A stretch of 64,000 nt of DNA. Source: Tricharina praecox (lineage: Eukaryota). Location: positions 1,426,001 to 1,490,000 of the forward strand of contig NW_026250406.1 in assembly GCF_024521635.1 (NCBI RefSeq), written 5' to 3'. The notes beneath the pieces were generated by a model, which was not told the origin of the DNA, made no database searches, and worked only from the letters and a program-made list of their open reading frames with translations. This document shows, in pieces, positions 36,201 to 49,164 of the stretch. A program made the translations under genes and the position numbers. Within the stretch, counting starts at the first letter, position 1, and each line of letters starts with the position of its first letter.

Positions 36201-39200
36201 GGGTAGTCACTGCTATTTCCTTGACTGGTCCGCACAATGGCGTCTTTGACGCTAGCGCACATCAGGAAGGAATAAAATCCGTTGGGTGCGAGTAGGTTGT
36301 CCTGACGCTGGCAACGCTGCTAACGCTCTCGAACGATTGCGTAGAATGAATGCCTACTCGTGTCTAGAAATGCGATACCAGTCGAACTACGTAACGCATC
36401 CAATGATCTAGGCTTGCTGGGAAATAACAATGCGCTGTCTGTTCCGTGTATGATTAGAGATGCCGGAAAACCCATGTGCCTGTGTGACCTTTCGTTCCAC
36501 CGTAACTTCTTGTTGAAATGGATAACCGTTGAAAATCTCTAAATGTTCACGGTCTATTTAAGGTAACATTCCTTTCGTATGTAAGAACATCTATTCTCTT
36601 CCAACTTCACTATATACCCTTCATAGACTATGCACATGCATCAAACTATATTCTAATAAATACATCCTTTTCATCCCCCGTCCTGCTTCTCCAGATCCTG
36701 CGCTTCCTCACCCTGCACCCTTTCCTCACCCTTCTCCCTTTCCTTCGTGGCTTCACGCGTGTAGGAGCACCGACTCCTCTTCTAGGCTGGCATGGCACAG
36801 GGGAAGGAGATGTATCCGCGGTGGCACCAGCAGCGCCAGAAACAGTACCAAGAGAAGTTCGGCGAGTAGCAGTAGGTAGGGCGAAGCGGGTATGTAGGGG
36901 GGTGGCGCTATCGAGGAAGTTAGCCGTATCGAGGAAGGAGCCGGTATCTAGGGAGGAAACCGTGTCAGCGACGTTTCCGGCAGGACGGGTAGTAGTAGGG
37001 AGAAAGGGGATTTTCAGCGGATCACAGGGGGTACGGAGAAGCGTCAGTGGCGTTGGGCGACTTGTAGGTAGTCGGCGTGACAGATTCATACATTTCTGGA
37101 GTAAGACATTTGGGGAGGAACGATGTCGAACGTACAGAAAAAGCAATCAGAGTTACGATGTGAGTGACCTTCCATATCATCATTCGCCTCGCAGGCTTGA
37201 GTGCGTGAGGATGAGGTCAGACTGATGGCGAGTGCTGTCGCCAGTGCTAATAAACCCAAAGAACCCTACACCTGACACAATTCGCGACGCGTAGAGTCCA
37301 CCATTAGAAAAACCATCTCCGCCGTCATCCAGGCTGATTCCGGCCTCCTTCTTCCAGATCTTCCTCGTCGTCCTCCTCCTCCACCTTCGCTGCCTATCCC
37401 TTCTCATCACCACGTTGTGCATGAACAGCCCCGGCTGCCCGATAGCTAGTGGGCAGTTCAGGCGGTTGCAGCGGGAGTGTGACGATAGAAAGCCTTCATT
37501 ATTCCCTGTCTTGCTGTAGCAGTAGATTTTCTATATTCACATGCTAACATTGCGACAAAAAGCGCCATGAGCCACATATATGTCCAGTGTACACTCCATA
37601 TCCAGTGGCGAGCTCATGGAATTGGCAGCGCAATTCTTCTGCGAATCCATTATTGCCGGCGGGAGAGCATTTGGCAGGAGAATCCAATGCATGGTGGCGA
37701 GGGCGCAATTCGACGGGGGATCATAGGACGACCATGCATCTGCAGCGGAGGTCGGGGGATGAGGCGAAGTAGGGGTAGAGGGTATCTGACAGGGTGAGTA
37801 AATAGAGGAGATGGCTGATGGCGAGCAACAGCATCTAGAGAGAAGTTAGGATTAGCGGCAGTTACAGGAAGGCAGTTACAGCACGGCGAGTGGCAGTAGG
37901 GAGACATGGTATTAGGTATTTCTAGCCAGAAGGGCAAGGAGAGTAAACTCTTTCCGCGGAATGGCTCGCAGCACGCGGAAAGAGTATTCGATCGAAACGA
38001 GGCTGGCAGCGAGAGCGTTTCGGCACCAGGACGAGCAGCACAAGGGGATTCTTTCAGCAGCAGGACGACCAAGAGGTTCCGGGTGAGGAGAAAGTCCCCG
38101 GTCGGGGAGATCCAGGTGAGGAGCAGTAGAGAGAAAAGGCATTCACAGCGGTGCCAGCGAGGTATCTGTTGTTCAGGGTCAAGTCAGCATGGCGCGGCCC
38201 CAATGTTAACAGCCTTCTATCGACATGAGTCACGAACAATATTGGTCTCCCACCCATCATACCGGAGCACCTATTACCAACAGCACCTATCCCACCAGGG
38301 CGATTTCGCGGGCCGGCGTCTTCAACACACTATGTAACCGCACCCATATGTTGAGGGCACCTCCGAGTTAACGTCACCCCCGAGTTGTTGGCACCACGTG
38401 TTGACGGGACGGGATAGTTGACAGGACGGGAGTCAAGGAACGGAAGGGTTGTCGGAGCGCAAGAGTTAAGAAAACCGACCAGCGACGGGCGAGGATAAGG
38501 TAGCCTTGTTAGAGCAAGGACGATTTGACGACACAGAATAGTTGTGGGAGTAGAAGACATGAGGGAGGAAGCCGACGTCGCGGACTAGAAACGTAGAGGC
38601 AGGGTCAAGGCCCCGGAACAGTTGTGGGAGGACGGAAGAGCAAGGCCGGAAGAGTGAGGGAGGGGGCGAAGAAGGTTTGTGGCCCCGGGAGAGTCAAGGG
38701 GCCTGATGAGTTGTGAAAACAACCTACTCATCCGCGCGGAGGAGCTTTGGGATCATGTCCAGTCCGCAGATGACTCTAGGGTGCAAGGCAGGACCCCGGA
38801 AGAGTCAGGTGGCATAAGATTCAGAGCACGAAAGAGGTGAGGGAGCCTACGGGGTGTCGATACTGCCATTTTCCAGATAGAAAACATGCAAGCAATGAAT
38901 AACACCAAAACCACACAGATTTCTGGGTGCGTTTTGCGCAACAGCGTTCCAACGAACGTTTCGACGTTCGAGACCTCCAGCAGACGTCGCTCCCAGCGAA
39001 TATGGGGGCGCGGGTCCGGTCAGACGGTCCCAACGCACTCGGCGCGACTGACGTAGCAATCATTATACTCGCATCCGGGTACGTTACCAGGATATATTCT
39101 CTTCATGACGCACTCACGGAGCGCTGTTGGGCAATGCACCAGAGGGAAATGGTTCTCCCGATGATAGAATCGAAAAGGGCCCGAATAGTATTGGGAGGAA

Positions 39201-39630
39201 GTAGGCTGAGCATCGAGGTCAACAACGTCATTGACACGCGTGTGTCGACGACAGGATACAGATCCCGCAAAGTTTCTATGATAAGTGTGAATAGGGCAAT
39301 ACGGGGTTGAAGGCGAGGCTGTGCTGGTTGGGGGATGTAACTTCATGGACGTAGGAATACATGTAAACACTCGATACTAGATTCGCTAAGCTGATCGCAT
39401 TCGCAGCCGCATAAATGGACGAAATAATGCGAAAGACGATAGAAGTTTAACTCATTGCTATGCAGTAACGTTTTGAATCTTCCGAACTGTGTTCGGACCT
39501 TCGACTATCCTCCTTGCTTTCCTTGCTTCCTGGGTTCGGTCAGCTATTGGGAGGTGAAAACTACCAGCAACGCGGAATAATAAGCTACTCTTCAGATTGA
39601 AACGACGACGCGAAACGCGACGGCGATGGG

Positions 39631-39879
39631 TGTCAAGATTGACGTCCAGAAGGGGCTAGAAGATTCAAGATCCCAAATGCTCCACCTCATGAAGCGGACG
39701 CGGACCGTGCTCATCTCAGAACCCGACGTATCTGATTATCTTATATGTATATGTATTGTGCCTTGGGCAAGACGAACGTGTATATAGAGGGCATCTCTGG
39801 CCCGACAAGAAGTAGAGAATCGATTCAAAATTGTCTATCCATCTATCCATCCTTATCTCTATCCTCCATATGCTTGACA
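39631..39879 (+). mobile_element. LTR copy of the TGTCAAG...CTTGACA family
   Basis: Full-length homology to 23731-24004; no TSD (ATGGG left, CTACC right). Confidence 0.85.
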
Positions 39880-41247
39880 CTACCTAGGTCATATCAGACC
39901 TCCATATCCTCCTTTCTGTCCTTGTTTCCTAACTTTCGTTAGCTACGAGCAGAGGAGGAACACAAAGAATGCGCAACCATGAGCTACTCACCGAGTTTGA
40001 GATCGTGACTGCAAATGCAACAGTAGTGATGAGAGTGAGGGCGCCGGGGCGCGGGTGACTCTTCGGCTTCGTTATCGTCTTTGAACGTGTCCGTGGCATC
40101 TCCCTGTCCGATGGTGTCACCGTCTTCGACTGCACATGTCGCTTCGTTGTAATGCTCTTCAGTCACCGCAGCATGCATTACCAGTCACCCATACGCCAGT
40201 CACCCATACGCCACCGCAGCTGGAAGACTGAACTTACCTGGCTCGTCCCTTGGGTGAACGGCTTGTGGAACGGCGATACGTTCCTCGGAAAGGCTAGGAT
40301 TTTCGAGGTCTCCGGTCTCAAGACATACTCAGTTGGATATACCATTATAGTGATGGTTTTGGAGGTGATTCATCAAAGTGATATTATTGGAGGATTATAG
40401 TTGAAGTGGTATGTTCGGGTGAAGGAGGGAGAGATAGAAGGGACGAAGAGGAAGAAACCAGGCTGCAACCCGCTAGGGCATTAGTAATTGCAAGCACTCA
40501 CCACAATTCCGTGTGGGCAGTGACTGGTATTTCCTGAATGGCCCGCACAATGGCTTCTTTGACGCTAGCGTAATACCACGTGGGGTCGGCAAGCGCCCAT
40601 GCAAACACTGCCTTCTCTCTCCCCTCATCTCTCCTTCGCTCTTCCACACATTTTGATTCTCCTACTCATCATCACTGACGTCCATGCGACGCTACCTGCC
40701 TTCTCTCTCCCCTTATCTCCCATTCTTTCTCCCACAAATTTCCCCTCTCCTGCACATCATTGCCTACGACCGTGCCACGCTACCATGGGGAGCGATCTGG
40801 GAGAATACCCGCACACACCTTCAAGGACCACGATTAGGTATGTAATTGCGCACACTAAGAATAACGCTACTAATCCTTTCTTAACTTCACCAAACCGCGG
40901 CGACACATCTCAATGCTGTTTATTATGATAACTGACGCAAAACAGTGGTTGTTGAAGGAGGGCCAAGGGAGATAATTCCTTTGCCCCCTTCAATTCCCGG
41001 ACACAGTTCCGCCATATGTACCGCCCCATGTCAGCGGGGGTAAGTCTGTTACTAGATCAACTTTCACTCCTCCTTCCTTTCTCCTTCATCATCTGGCAAC
41101 TAGAACTCTGCTACGAGATCATCACCAGCTCCACCGACAATCGAAAGGTAGATCTCCTCTTCCTTAATCGTCGCACTTAGTCATCATCCCTAACGTTCGA
41201 AATCCAATCCAGCTACTTACCTACCGTGTATTACCCGCACTAACAAG

Positions 41248-42100
41248 ATGAGTTCTGGTACCAAGCGAAAGACGTCGGACAGCGACGGTGAGGATGCGGC
41301 AAATCCTGCCGCTGTACCTGATGCGCCCTCACCAACCGCTCTTCCTGCCGCTGTCTGTGCAGCGCAGCCGGCTAGTCAGCCAGTCGACCAAGGCCAGCAG
41401 CCCGATCCGAACGGATCAGACCACATGATGCAGAACTTTGGAAGGACGACGCAGCAGCTCATTATGATGCTCTACGCTGCCCAACATACCCGTCTAGTGA
41501 CACGCCTCCTCCCGTATCAAATTTAGGTAAGTCAATTTCCATTGCCTGGGTTTCGTGCACGCCCGCCCACCGTCGAATATGGAAATACTGACGGCTCGGT
41601 GTGGGGTTTGCGTAAGACACTTCGGACGATCGCGTTAATTGTCTGCGGCGTCGATGCCTACAGGTACAATGCGCCCGGGACGAACGAGAAGGAATCGACC
41701 GAAAACCTGACGCTGATTGTTGCCCCGGTGTCGGTGATGTCCACCTGGACCGAGCAGGTATGAACGGCTCTTCGGGGTTATGCCTGTAATATGGGTGCGG
41801 CAGCACGGCGGATGCATGCCTTCTCAATTGCGCACCGTGTATCCAAGGAGAATCCCATCAATGTCGCGGTCTACCATGGGCCACGGAGATACTCGATAAT
41901 TTTCGCCGACTACGACGTGGTTGTAACAAGTTACTCCACTCTGGCCGCGGATTTCAGTGCTTCAGGCAATCGATAGTATGTCCCCTCCCCAACCGATCTC
42001 CCCACTTCCCCCTTTAATCAAAGCCGTGACTGATGTATCCAGTGCGGTTTCCGCAATTGTGCGGAGGAATGAACATTATTCTGCCGAAGGGGATCGGTGT
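41248..42100 (+). pseudogene. SNF2-family (HLTF/Rad5/Rad16-like) ATPase pseudogene, N-terminal lobe
   Basis: TRLLPYQI* (Q motif), GLRKTLRTIALIV (mutated Walker A GLGKT), TLIVAPVSVMSTWTEQ (motif Ia), VAVYHGPRR...DYDVVVTSYSTLAADF, and a degenerate IIL(D)EG(H) near 42075; introns retained. Confidence 0.9.
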
Positions 42101-44269
42101 ATCACCACAATGGTGACGATGCTAGGAGTTGCCTCCTTGATGGGAGATGCTCATGTCCTCACGCCTCTTCCCGACCCCTACTGTAGCGGTGGGCTGTTGT
42201 TACGGAAATGTGGCTGCTGCTGAGAATATATCTTCTGGTATGGAGGTGGAGGCTTGATGATCAGGAGAAGGGTTTTTGTCCTGAATTCAAACTGAACGGC
42301 TACTAGCCAATTGCACATTATGATGGAAATAATTGAGGATTTTGAGCTGTCTACACCGGAGGGAAATCTCTGCAGTGCGACCGTGTGCTGTCAGTTCTAA
42401 TCATCCCCTGGTAGATATGTGTGTAAAAACAATCAAACCGTAGAGACTCGTTCCTCAGCACGTAGTAACGGTGTTTACCTTTCGGACGTCTGTTCATACC
42501 CTCATACAGACCTCGCGGGAGATCTACCTCCTCCGCTCTATGGCCGATTGTTGGTACTGCGAAGGTTTTTGGTGCTTTCTTCCGGTCGCTACTCGGTCGA
42601 TACATGTAATCCGGCGGCCTAGTAGTTTCATCGATGTAGAATTTTCATTTTGCTTTCCAATGCGATGTTCTATCCGAATACGTGATCTATCGCAACATGT
42701 CTTTATATCCTTCCATCTCGAATCCGTACAGCAATGAGAAGGAAGTACCCCTGCCAATTCGCGATGTTCTGATTTTCGACGAACCCCAGCGAACATCTCC
42801 GGTTCTCGTATCCTGCTCGTGTGTGCTACAAAAGCATATCACCATGCGAATTGCAATCTGATTGCCACGAAGACTCTCAAAGATCACGGAAGTCTCGCCG
42901 AAGGCACACCTTGGTTGTGGTCGTATGCACGGTCATACCAGGACTACCGTAATCGGAATGTGATGTGTCAACCGTCACCCTGTACAAATAGCTTCTTATG
43001 AAGCCAAACTGGATCTTGATTCTTTCCGGCCGTGATAGACCAGAGTCCGTCACGAATAGAGTTAGAGAGGTCCACATTCGCCATGTCTGCTTCCAACTGT
43101 ATGAAAACAGAGGGATGAATGCTGGGGTCGAAACTATCGTGCGTGGTCAAACGGATCCTGCAGGCGAATGATTCGGGATGCTGCATACTGGAACTTCACT
43201 CAGCGCGGTGAATATTTTTTACGTATTCGTACTACTAGCTTTGTTTCGTGCGTCGATCCGGCGCATGGACTATGCTCGACTAGCCAGGAAACTAAGGGCG
43301 CCTAGTTAAGCGAGCGTAACACCTGTCGCACAAGGAGTCGAGGACCGCTGCCGAAAACTCGGGATGAAGAGCGAAAAAAATGATTCGAATAGTGGCTCGC
43401 ACACTAGAATCCGCAAGCTCGCGACGTATTGTATATTGCGCACAGCATAACCAAATATAAGCGTTTGATTTAACGGAATGCAATCTCCGCAATCGAAGGC
43501 CAGCATCTCCATCGCGAACTAAGTATGGTAGAAATAGAGCAGGATTGCGTAGACCCCGGTTGTTTTAGAATTGCGCACAGGAAGGATGAAGGAGTCGAGC
43601 GCGAAGCGGAGGAGCAAAACGTGTGAAGGTATACCGCACGATGATGGGAGAGAAACGGGGCCGGCCAAGGTTAGCCAAAAAAGCAGGCTGACCCTTGAGA
43701 AAGTGACGTAGATACCTGCTAATCGGATTTCTCTGACAGCTACTCGAAAGCTTTGCGTACCGCGCTCCCCAAGCTACAACTGTCTTGGCTCCCGTGACAG
43801 AAATGGCAAGCTGCATTAGCCACGTGATGTGCTCCCGTCGCGGGTCTAACCCTAAAGGTTAAACTAGTGTTAACGTTTTTCAATGCCTAGAAGTGGCGTG
43901 GACGTTCATCACCATGACTACCACCCCGTCTTTCATCCTTTCTCTCCCATTATCCTTCTTCTTCTCATTCTCTTCCTCCTCATCAACCTCCTTTGCTCAA
44001 CAACGACGACAACCACAACCACACATGATTACAGCCTTCCGGGGCGTATCCCTTTTTCCGGTCCAATCAGGCAAAAGCACAAACTCATGGTCGCCACCAT
44101 GGCGGTTCAAAAAAGGAGTCCGGCTTTCGACGGAGTCACTCCACCGCCGCTGAAGTATGTCATTCCCAGATTTCTCCTCTTCATTAAGCGATGCGTTTTG
44201 ACTGATCAGGTGGCAGCCACTCAACGGTCCCACGGTGTCTGACAAGACAAGCATGTCCGAACCTCCAGC

Positions 44270-44560
44270 TTTTTGGGTTTATATACCCGGCTACCGGGCC
44301 TGTGTGTATCCTTCACTCTCTCTCCGGGTCTTCAATTCCTAATGTTTTGTGTAGCAGACCCACGTGTTCATGCGGATGTTTGCTGAGCGGGCCCCGGGGC
44401 CTGCTCCTGCGCTGCTTCACGCAAAACATCGATACGCTCGAGGTGCCACAAGCACCATCAAACCCTCTTCCGCGTCAAACGTGCGACGCGGAGATCTGCG
44501 GAGCAACAGTCGTATGACAGAAAATTGTCTCGGCATTGAATTAGGACAATGAACCGTTTC
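44270..44560 (+). pseudogene. Sirtuin (Hst2/SIRT2-like) fragment, copy 1
   Basis: An intron-like stretch, then THVFMRMFAER and (frameshifted) GLLLRCFTQNIDTLE, the class I sirtuin TQNID motif. Confidence 0.85.
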
Positions 44561-44857
44561 GAAGACCGGCGACCGCTCCGCATTTGGAAAATGTCTGTCT
44601 AGATTAAGACGGACAAGAGAGTCATGTCTGAGCCACCTACGCTGCACCCACTGCGCCTCGGTCACCCACTCTTAATATCAACAGTCCCATTCGCATCTGG
44701 CCCGACACGACTGCGTTCAAATAGATGTTCCTAGTATGGGGAATACTCTCGCCTCTCAGACGTCTCGTCGGAGTTACCTTCTCCTGCCTCGTGTTGCGAA
44801 AGCGTCCACGACGTCGGAGACCAGTATTTCGTTTCTATCAACTACTACCAGACGCCA

Positions 44858-45280
44858 AAATGAGAGGAAAAGTCTACAGAGCCCTTCGACCAGTCGATGC
44901 CCCCAGCGAAGCTCTCGCGACGCGATCTCATCGTTGTCGCCGAGTACATCAAGTCGGGCAACTGCAAAAACGTCGTGTTCATGGTATATACCTACTCTTC
45001 ACTCCTCCCCTGGGCTCTTCACTCTCTCACCAGGTATCCAATTACTAATGTTTCGCGTAACAGAACAACGTGTTCATGCGGATGTTCACACAGCGGGCCC
45101 CGGGGCCTGCTCCTGCGGTGCTGCACGCATAATATCGACACGCTCGAGCTGCCACAAGCACCATCAAATGCACTACCGCATCGAACGGGCCACGCAGAGA
45201 TTTGCGGAGCTGGAGCCGAATGACAGAAAACTGTCTCGGCTCTCAACCAAGACAACGTCAGGGAACCGTTCGTCCTGACC
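44858..45280 (+). pseudogene. Sirtuin (Hst2/SIRT2-like) fragment, copy 2
   Basis: EEKSTEPFDQSMPPAKLSRRDLIVVAEYIKSGNCKNVVFM, an intron, then NVFMRMFTQR and GLLLRCCTHNIDTLE; the GAGISTxxGIPDFRS segment is absent. Confidence 0.85.
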
Positions 45281-45519
45281 AACTACCGTACAACCGCAAA
45301 CTGCCTTGCCCGGTACCTACAAGCTGTAATATGGAAGGTGTACGGCAAGGCGTCCCAGTGACGTCTGCCGAAATCACCGCTACTGTATTTGCGGGGCTTC
45401 CGCTTTACGGCAGTAATATAACCGCCCAACTCCTATAACCAAGCGGCTGAATTGCGCCGTGTGGGATTTCATCTTCGAGATTGTATCCAATGATTGGCGA
45501 GGCCGCCTTTCCAGTTGGT

Positions 45520-45720
45520 GGAGGAGGCTGCGGCCTGGGCCGAAGACTCTGGCTTTATTTTTATTTTTGCTTTTTGTTTTTTGTGTTTGTTTTTGTTTTG
45601 TTTTTGTTTTTGCTTTTGTTTTTGAGGAGGTCGCGGCCTGGGCTGAAGGCTCGGGCTTCAATTTTTGTGTTTGCTTTTTGTTTTTGTTTTTGTTTTTGTT
45701 TTTTTGCTTTCTGCTGTAGT
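45520..45720. repeat. ~103-bp tandem duplication, each copy ending in a (TTTTTG)n microsatellite
   Basis: GAGGAGGCTGCGGCCTGGGCCGAAGACTCTGGCTT versus GAGGAGGTCGCGGCCTGGGCTGAAGGCTCGGGCTT, each followed by TTTTTG runs. Confidence 0.88.
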
Positions 45721-46396
45721 AATTAATTTTACTTGTTGCTTTATTACACCTTGTCCTGCCACGAACAAGATTTGATGTCGACTTCGCAACTTTGTATTTC
45801 TACCTGTAGACGATCGTAAGGTGATCCTGATGAGGCGGGATGGTTGACATCGGTTTCAACGCTGGAGGATTACTGTCATCGCGTGGTTCAATACCGCTCA
45901 CGGCCCCACCCAACCAGGCCCGCCTGATCGAATGCTAATTCCATACGAGATTGATGCTACAACCTTTTGCTTAAATGTAGGCATTCATACAGTCGCTGCC
46001 ATTGACGGACAGCCATTTCACCCGTGTGTAGCCCACAGCTGACTCTTTTACACGCAAGATGACAATCTTACTAAAACCTGTGCTTTGCAGTAGTACCAGC
46101 GATGAGAGCTGCTAGATACCTGTGAGGATTAGTGTAAAATCAAATTAGTAATACCTAAATCAACAGCTGCTTTCTACACATTCACCTGAAGCCTAAATGT
46201 AAGCCGCAGCAATTAAAGCTCAGTAAAGATGCCTATGTCTGCTATATTCGCGCAGATAGAGATCGAATCGTTTTTTCTTTTCCTGCAACCCTCGCTATTC
46301 CGGCTTCTCCGCCGTTACTACCATTCTCGCCAGTACTATGACGTTTGAACCCCGATTGCGAACAGTGACATGCCCAGTGACCCTTGGTAAGAGCTC

Positions 46397-47897
46397 CTAG
46401 TCATCTCGCTCCAACTCAGGCTCATTGCTTCGAGTCAAAGCTTCGAAAATCTTCTTGACCTTCTTGATCTGCCACATAATTAGCATTACTGTTATCACTT
46501 CATTCTCCTGGATCATCAGCCATGAAACCTACACCCCGTCCAATGGTAATCTTCTTAGCCTTCTCCGCCGCCAACCTCCCTTGCTCCGCCTCCCACTCGT
46601 CCACGCCCAATGTGAAAGTAAATCTCTCCTCCAGCGTCTTACGCGGGGGGAAGAAGCTCGGATAGATCCTTGGCATCGGCGCCTTTCTCGGGGCTTTTGT
46701 GTGTGCAGGCCGCTTCTCTGGCATCAGCATGTCGTTGAAGTGCAGACACGTATGCAAGTAATCCGACCTCGGCTGTGTGGTCATGGACCAACATCCCATC
46801 GGGCGATTCCTAAATTTGGTTCCGAGTTCGCCGTACAGTCCTTGAAAGTTGGTGGTGTAGGAGTAAACGCAGTCTTCATGCGGGAATACAGGGCTGGGTG
46901 GCCGTCGAGGAACCTCGGGTTCGTCGCCGAAGTCGATTTTTCTCAGCCCCTGGATAGCCGGATCGGTCGGGTCTCCGAATAATACCGCCTGGCGCCGCGC
47001 CCGTCCGTACGAATACGCTGTCCCCGCACGATGCCTGTTGCGACGGTCCAAAGACTTGACAGGAGGACCGAGATTGCTCAGGGTTTGCGCCCGTTTCAGT
47101 GCGCCCCGGGGGACCAGGATGTTGGCGATTTCGGCTTTGGCGGCGGCGAGAGCGTTGTGGTATTCGTCCACCGGAAGCGCGCAGTCGGCGTCATGCGGAT
47201 TGGCATTGGCGACGATTGGGTAGTCGAATGGGACCGTCTCTGGGGGAATAGGGGGTGGAGGGGGTGGAGGCAAGCATATGCGGGCAGTACTTGATGTGGA
47301 GCTCCGTTGCATGCGACGTGGTGAATAGCCTTCGATGAATAGCTGGCGTGCGGCAATCATGGAGGGCCTTGTCAACGGCGGCGATGGCGCTGAGATTGAA
47401 CGCAGGCGATTGGCATTGGCGTCTCCGAACAGATCATTGCCCTCATAGATTTGAGGATGACCATCCTGGCCGGAAAGGACGCGGCTAATGGCCTCATTCG
47501 CCGACTGTAGCTGACGTCGCGGAGGCTCATGGTACCAGTGCGCTTCCTCCGGAAGCTGATAAGGCTGCTGATAATTGTGAGGACGGATTGGAGGAGCTAT
47601 GTTTGTTGCGCTGCGCTGGATTCGGATCCTCGAGGGACCGCCATTGAAAGCCTCCGGAGGCATAGGCATGTCATGCAGCGGGTAGGGACTGCTCATTGCG
47701 GGGGAAGGCTCGGACGCCGAGCGAAGGCGCTCCGCATTGGAAAAGCTGTGTTCATATCCCATCTCAGCTAGGTAGTGCGGTGCTCTGCGAATGTATGGTA
47801 CGCGGTGTGGAGGGACGGAAGGAGGTCTATCATCGTCCTCAGGCTCTGAAGGCCGACACTGTCCTGGTGGCGGAAATGAAGGGTTGTTGCTCCACAT
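46397..47897 (-). CDS. Proline-rich hypothetical protein, 2 exons (47897-46533 and 46468-46397), 478 aa
   Basis: 465-codon ATG ORF; a 64-bp intron GTAGGT...GCTAAT...CAG (46532-46469) splices in frame to IKKVKKIFEALTRSNEPELERDD*. No domain recognised. Confidence 0.75.
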
Positions 47898-49164
47898 GGT
47901 TGTGAGTTGTTACACGGTGGACTCGGTCGGTACGGTGGTGGGATACGGTGGTGGGATGTGAGAGAATTGTGGCTTGTACAATGGCAGTCGCTGAGAAGAT
48001 CCCACTCACACTGTGGGGCATGAGGGGGCTGGCGCATTCGAGTGGTCTGATGGGCGGCGACCGTTGTAGTAGTTGGCGCTCGGCCTGTCGTGTGTGGTAT
48101 AGGGTAATAGGTAGGTCACGGCGTTCGGGTTTTTTACTGTTGAATATATTGTCGACCTCAGACTAGTGACACCCGCTTCTCTATATCGCCGATTCGCTGT
48201 GGAAGGCCGCAAAGAGGCGTTCGCCTTTCCCCTACTTTGCTAGCAATGAAACACTGCAGCGTCACCCCTGATGGAGTTTTACGGCTATCGAGCTTTTCCA
48301 TCATCAATACCATCACCCGTGTTCTTGTTGGATCACATATCTCGAATCGTCAAGATATTTCAAAAATGAGGGAACAAGCACTTCGCTGTTGTTGCGGGAA
48401 GTAGGTCCACGCTAGCCCCGCAATCGCGCCTGAACTAAGCGAGGTAGTCGGTTACTATTCCGGGATTTGCGCGATCAAAATCATATTTTTGGTGGTGGTT
48501 CGAAGGATTGTGGTGAATAATCGCAATTTATGCATGGCAAGGTCTACCAGAAGACCAGAAGGTACTGAAGTTTGAATCTTAGGGGAGTTTGCAGAACACT
48601 GAGTGAGGCGGATATCGCCACCGTCACAAGCACAGAGGTCACGCTGCAAGGCATAAGCGCGGTCAACGTCACGTGATAAACAGAGTCGCTAGCGAGAAGT
48701 GGAGCTTCGAAGGGCTTGTGTTACAAATATGCCGCACGGTAGGGCAAATCATATCACGTCTACTCACACTTATCTGCTTATAAGCAGTCACATAAATCAA
48801 CGCACACACAAATTTTAACCGAGCGCACACTGGCAACCATGCCAAGTCTCGCCCGCACCCCAACAAAACCCACACGCGTCTTCCTCGAATCACATCTCTC
48901 TTGCCACTCTTCTACTCATCCCTCTCTCCCATTAGTTCCACTATTCATCTACTCCAACTACACCAACTACGCCTACCACCCGTACTCTTTCCCTACATTG
49001 TCCTCTTCCCACAACTTCCACCCTTTCAACACCCCCCTTATTCCGGCTTCACCTGCACTCTCCCGCGACAGCGTTCGAAAAAAGCTGCCGAAGAGTAATT
49101 TCGGTGACATCTGATGACGACTTAATCTCGTCATTGGGCTGGGCCATTAAAAATGGCCCTCAAG

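Noticed and set aside
42415..43190. Protein kinase fragments (CVKTIKP...SREIYLLRSM on plus; WLHKKLFVQGD on minus)
   Set aside because: Only vague resemblance, on opposite strands, with no DFG, APE or intact HRD motifs.
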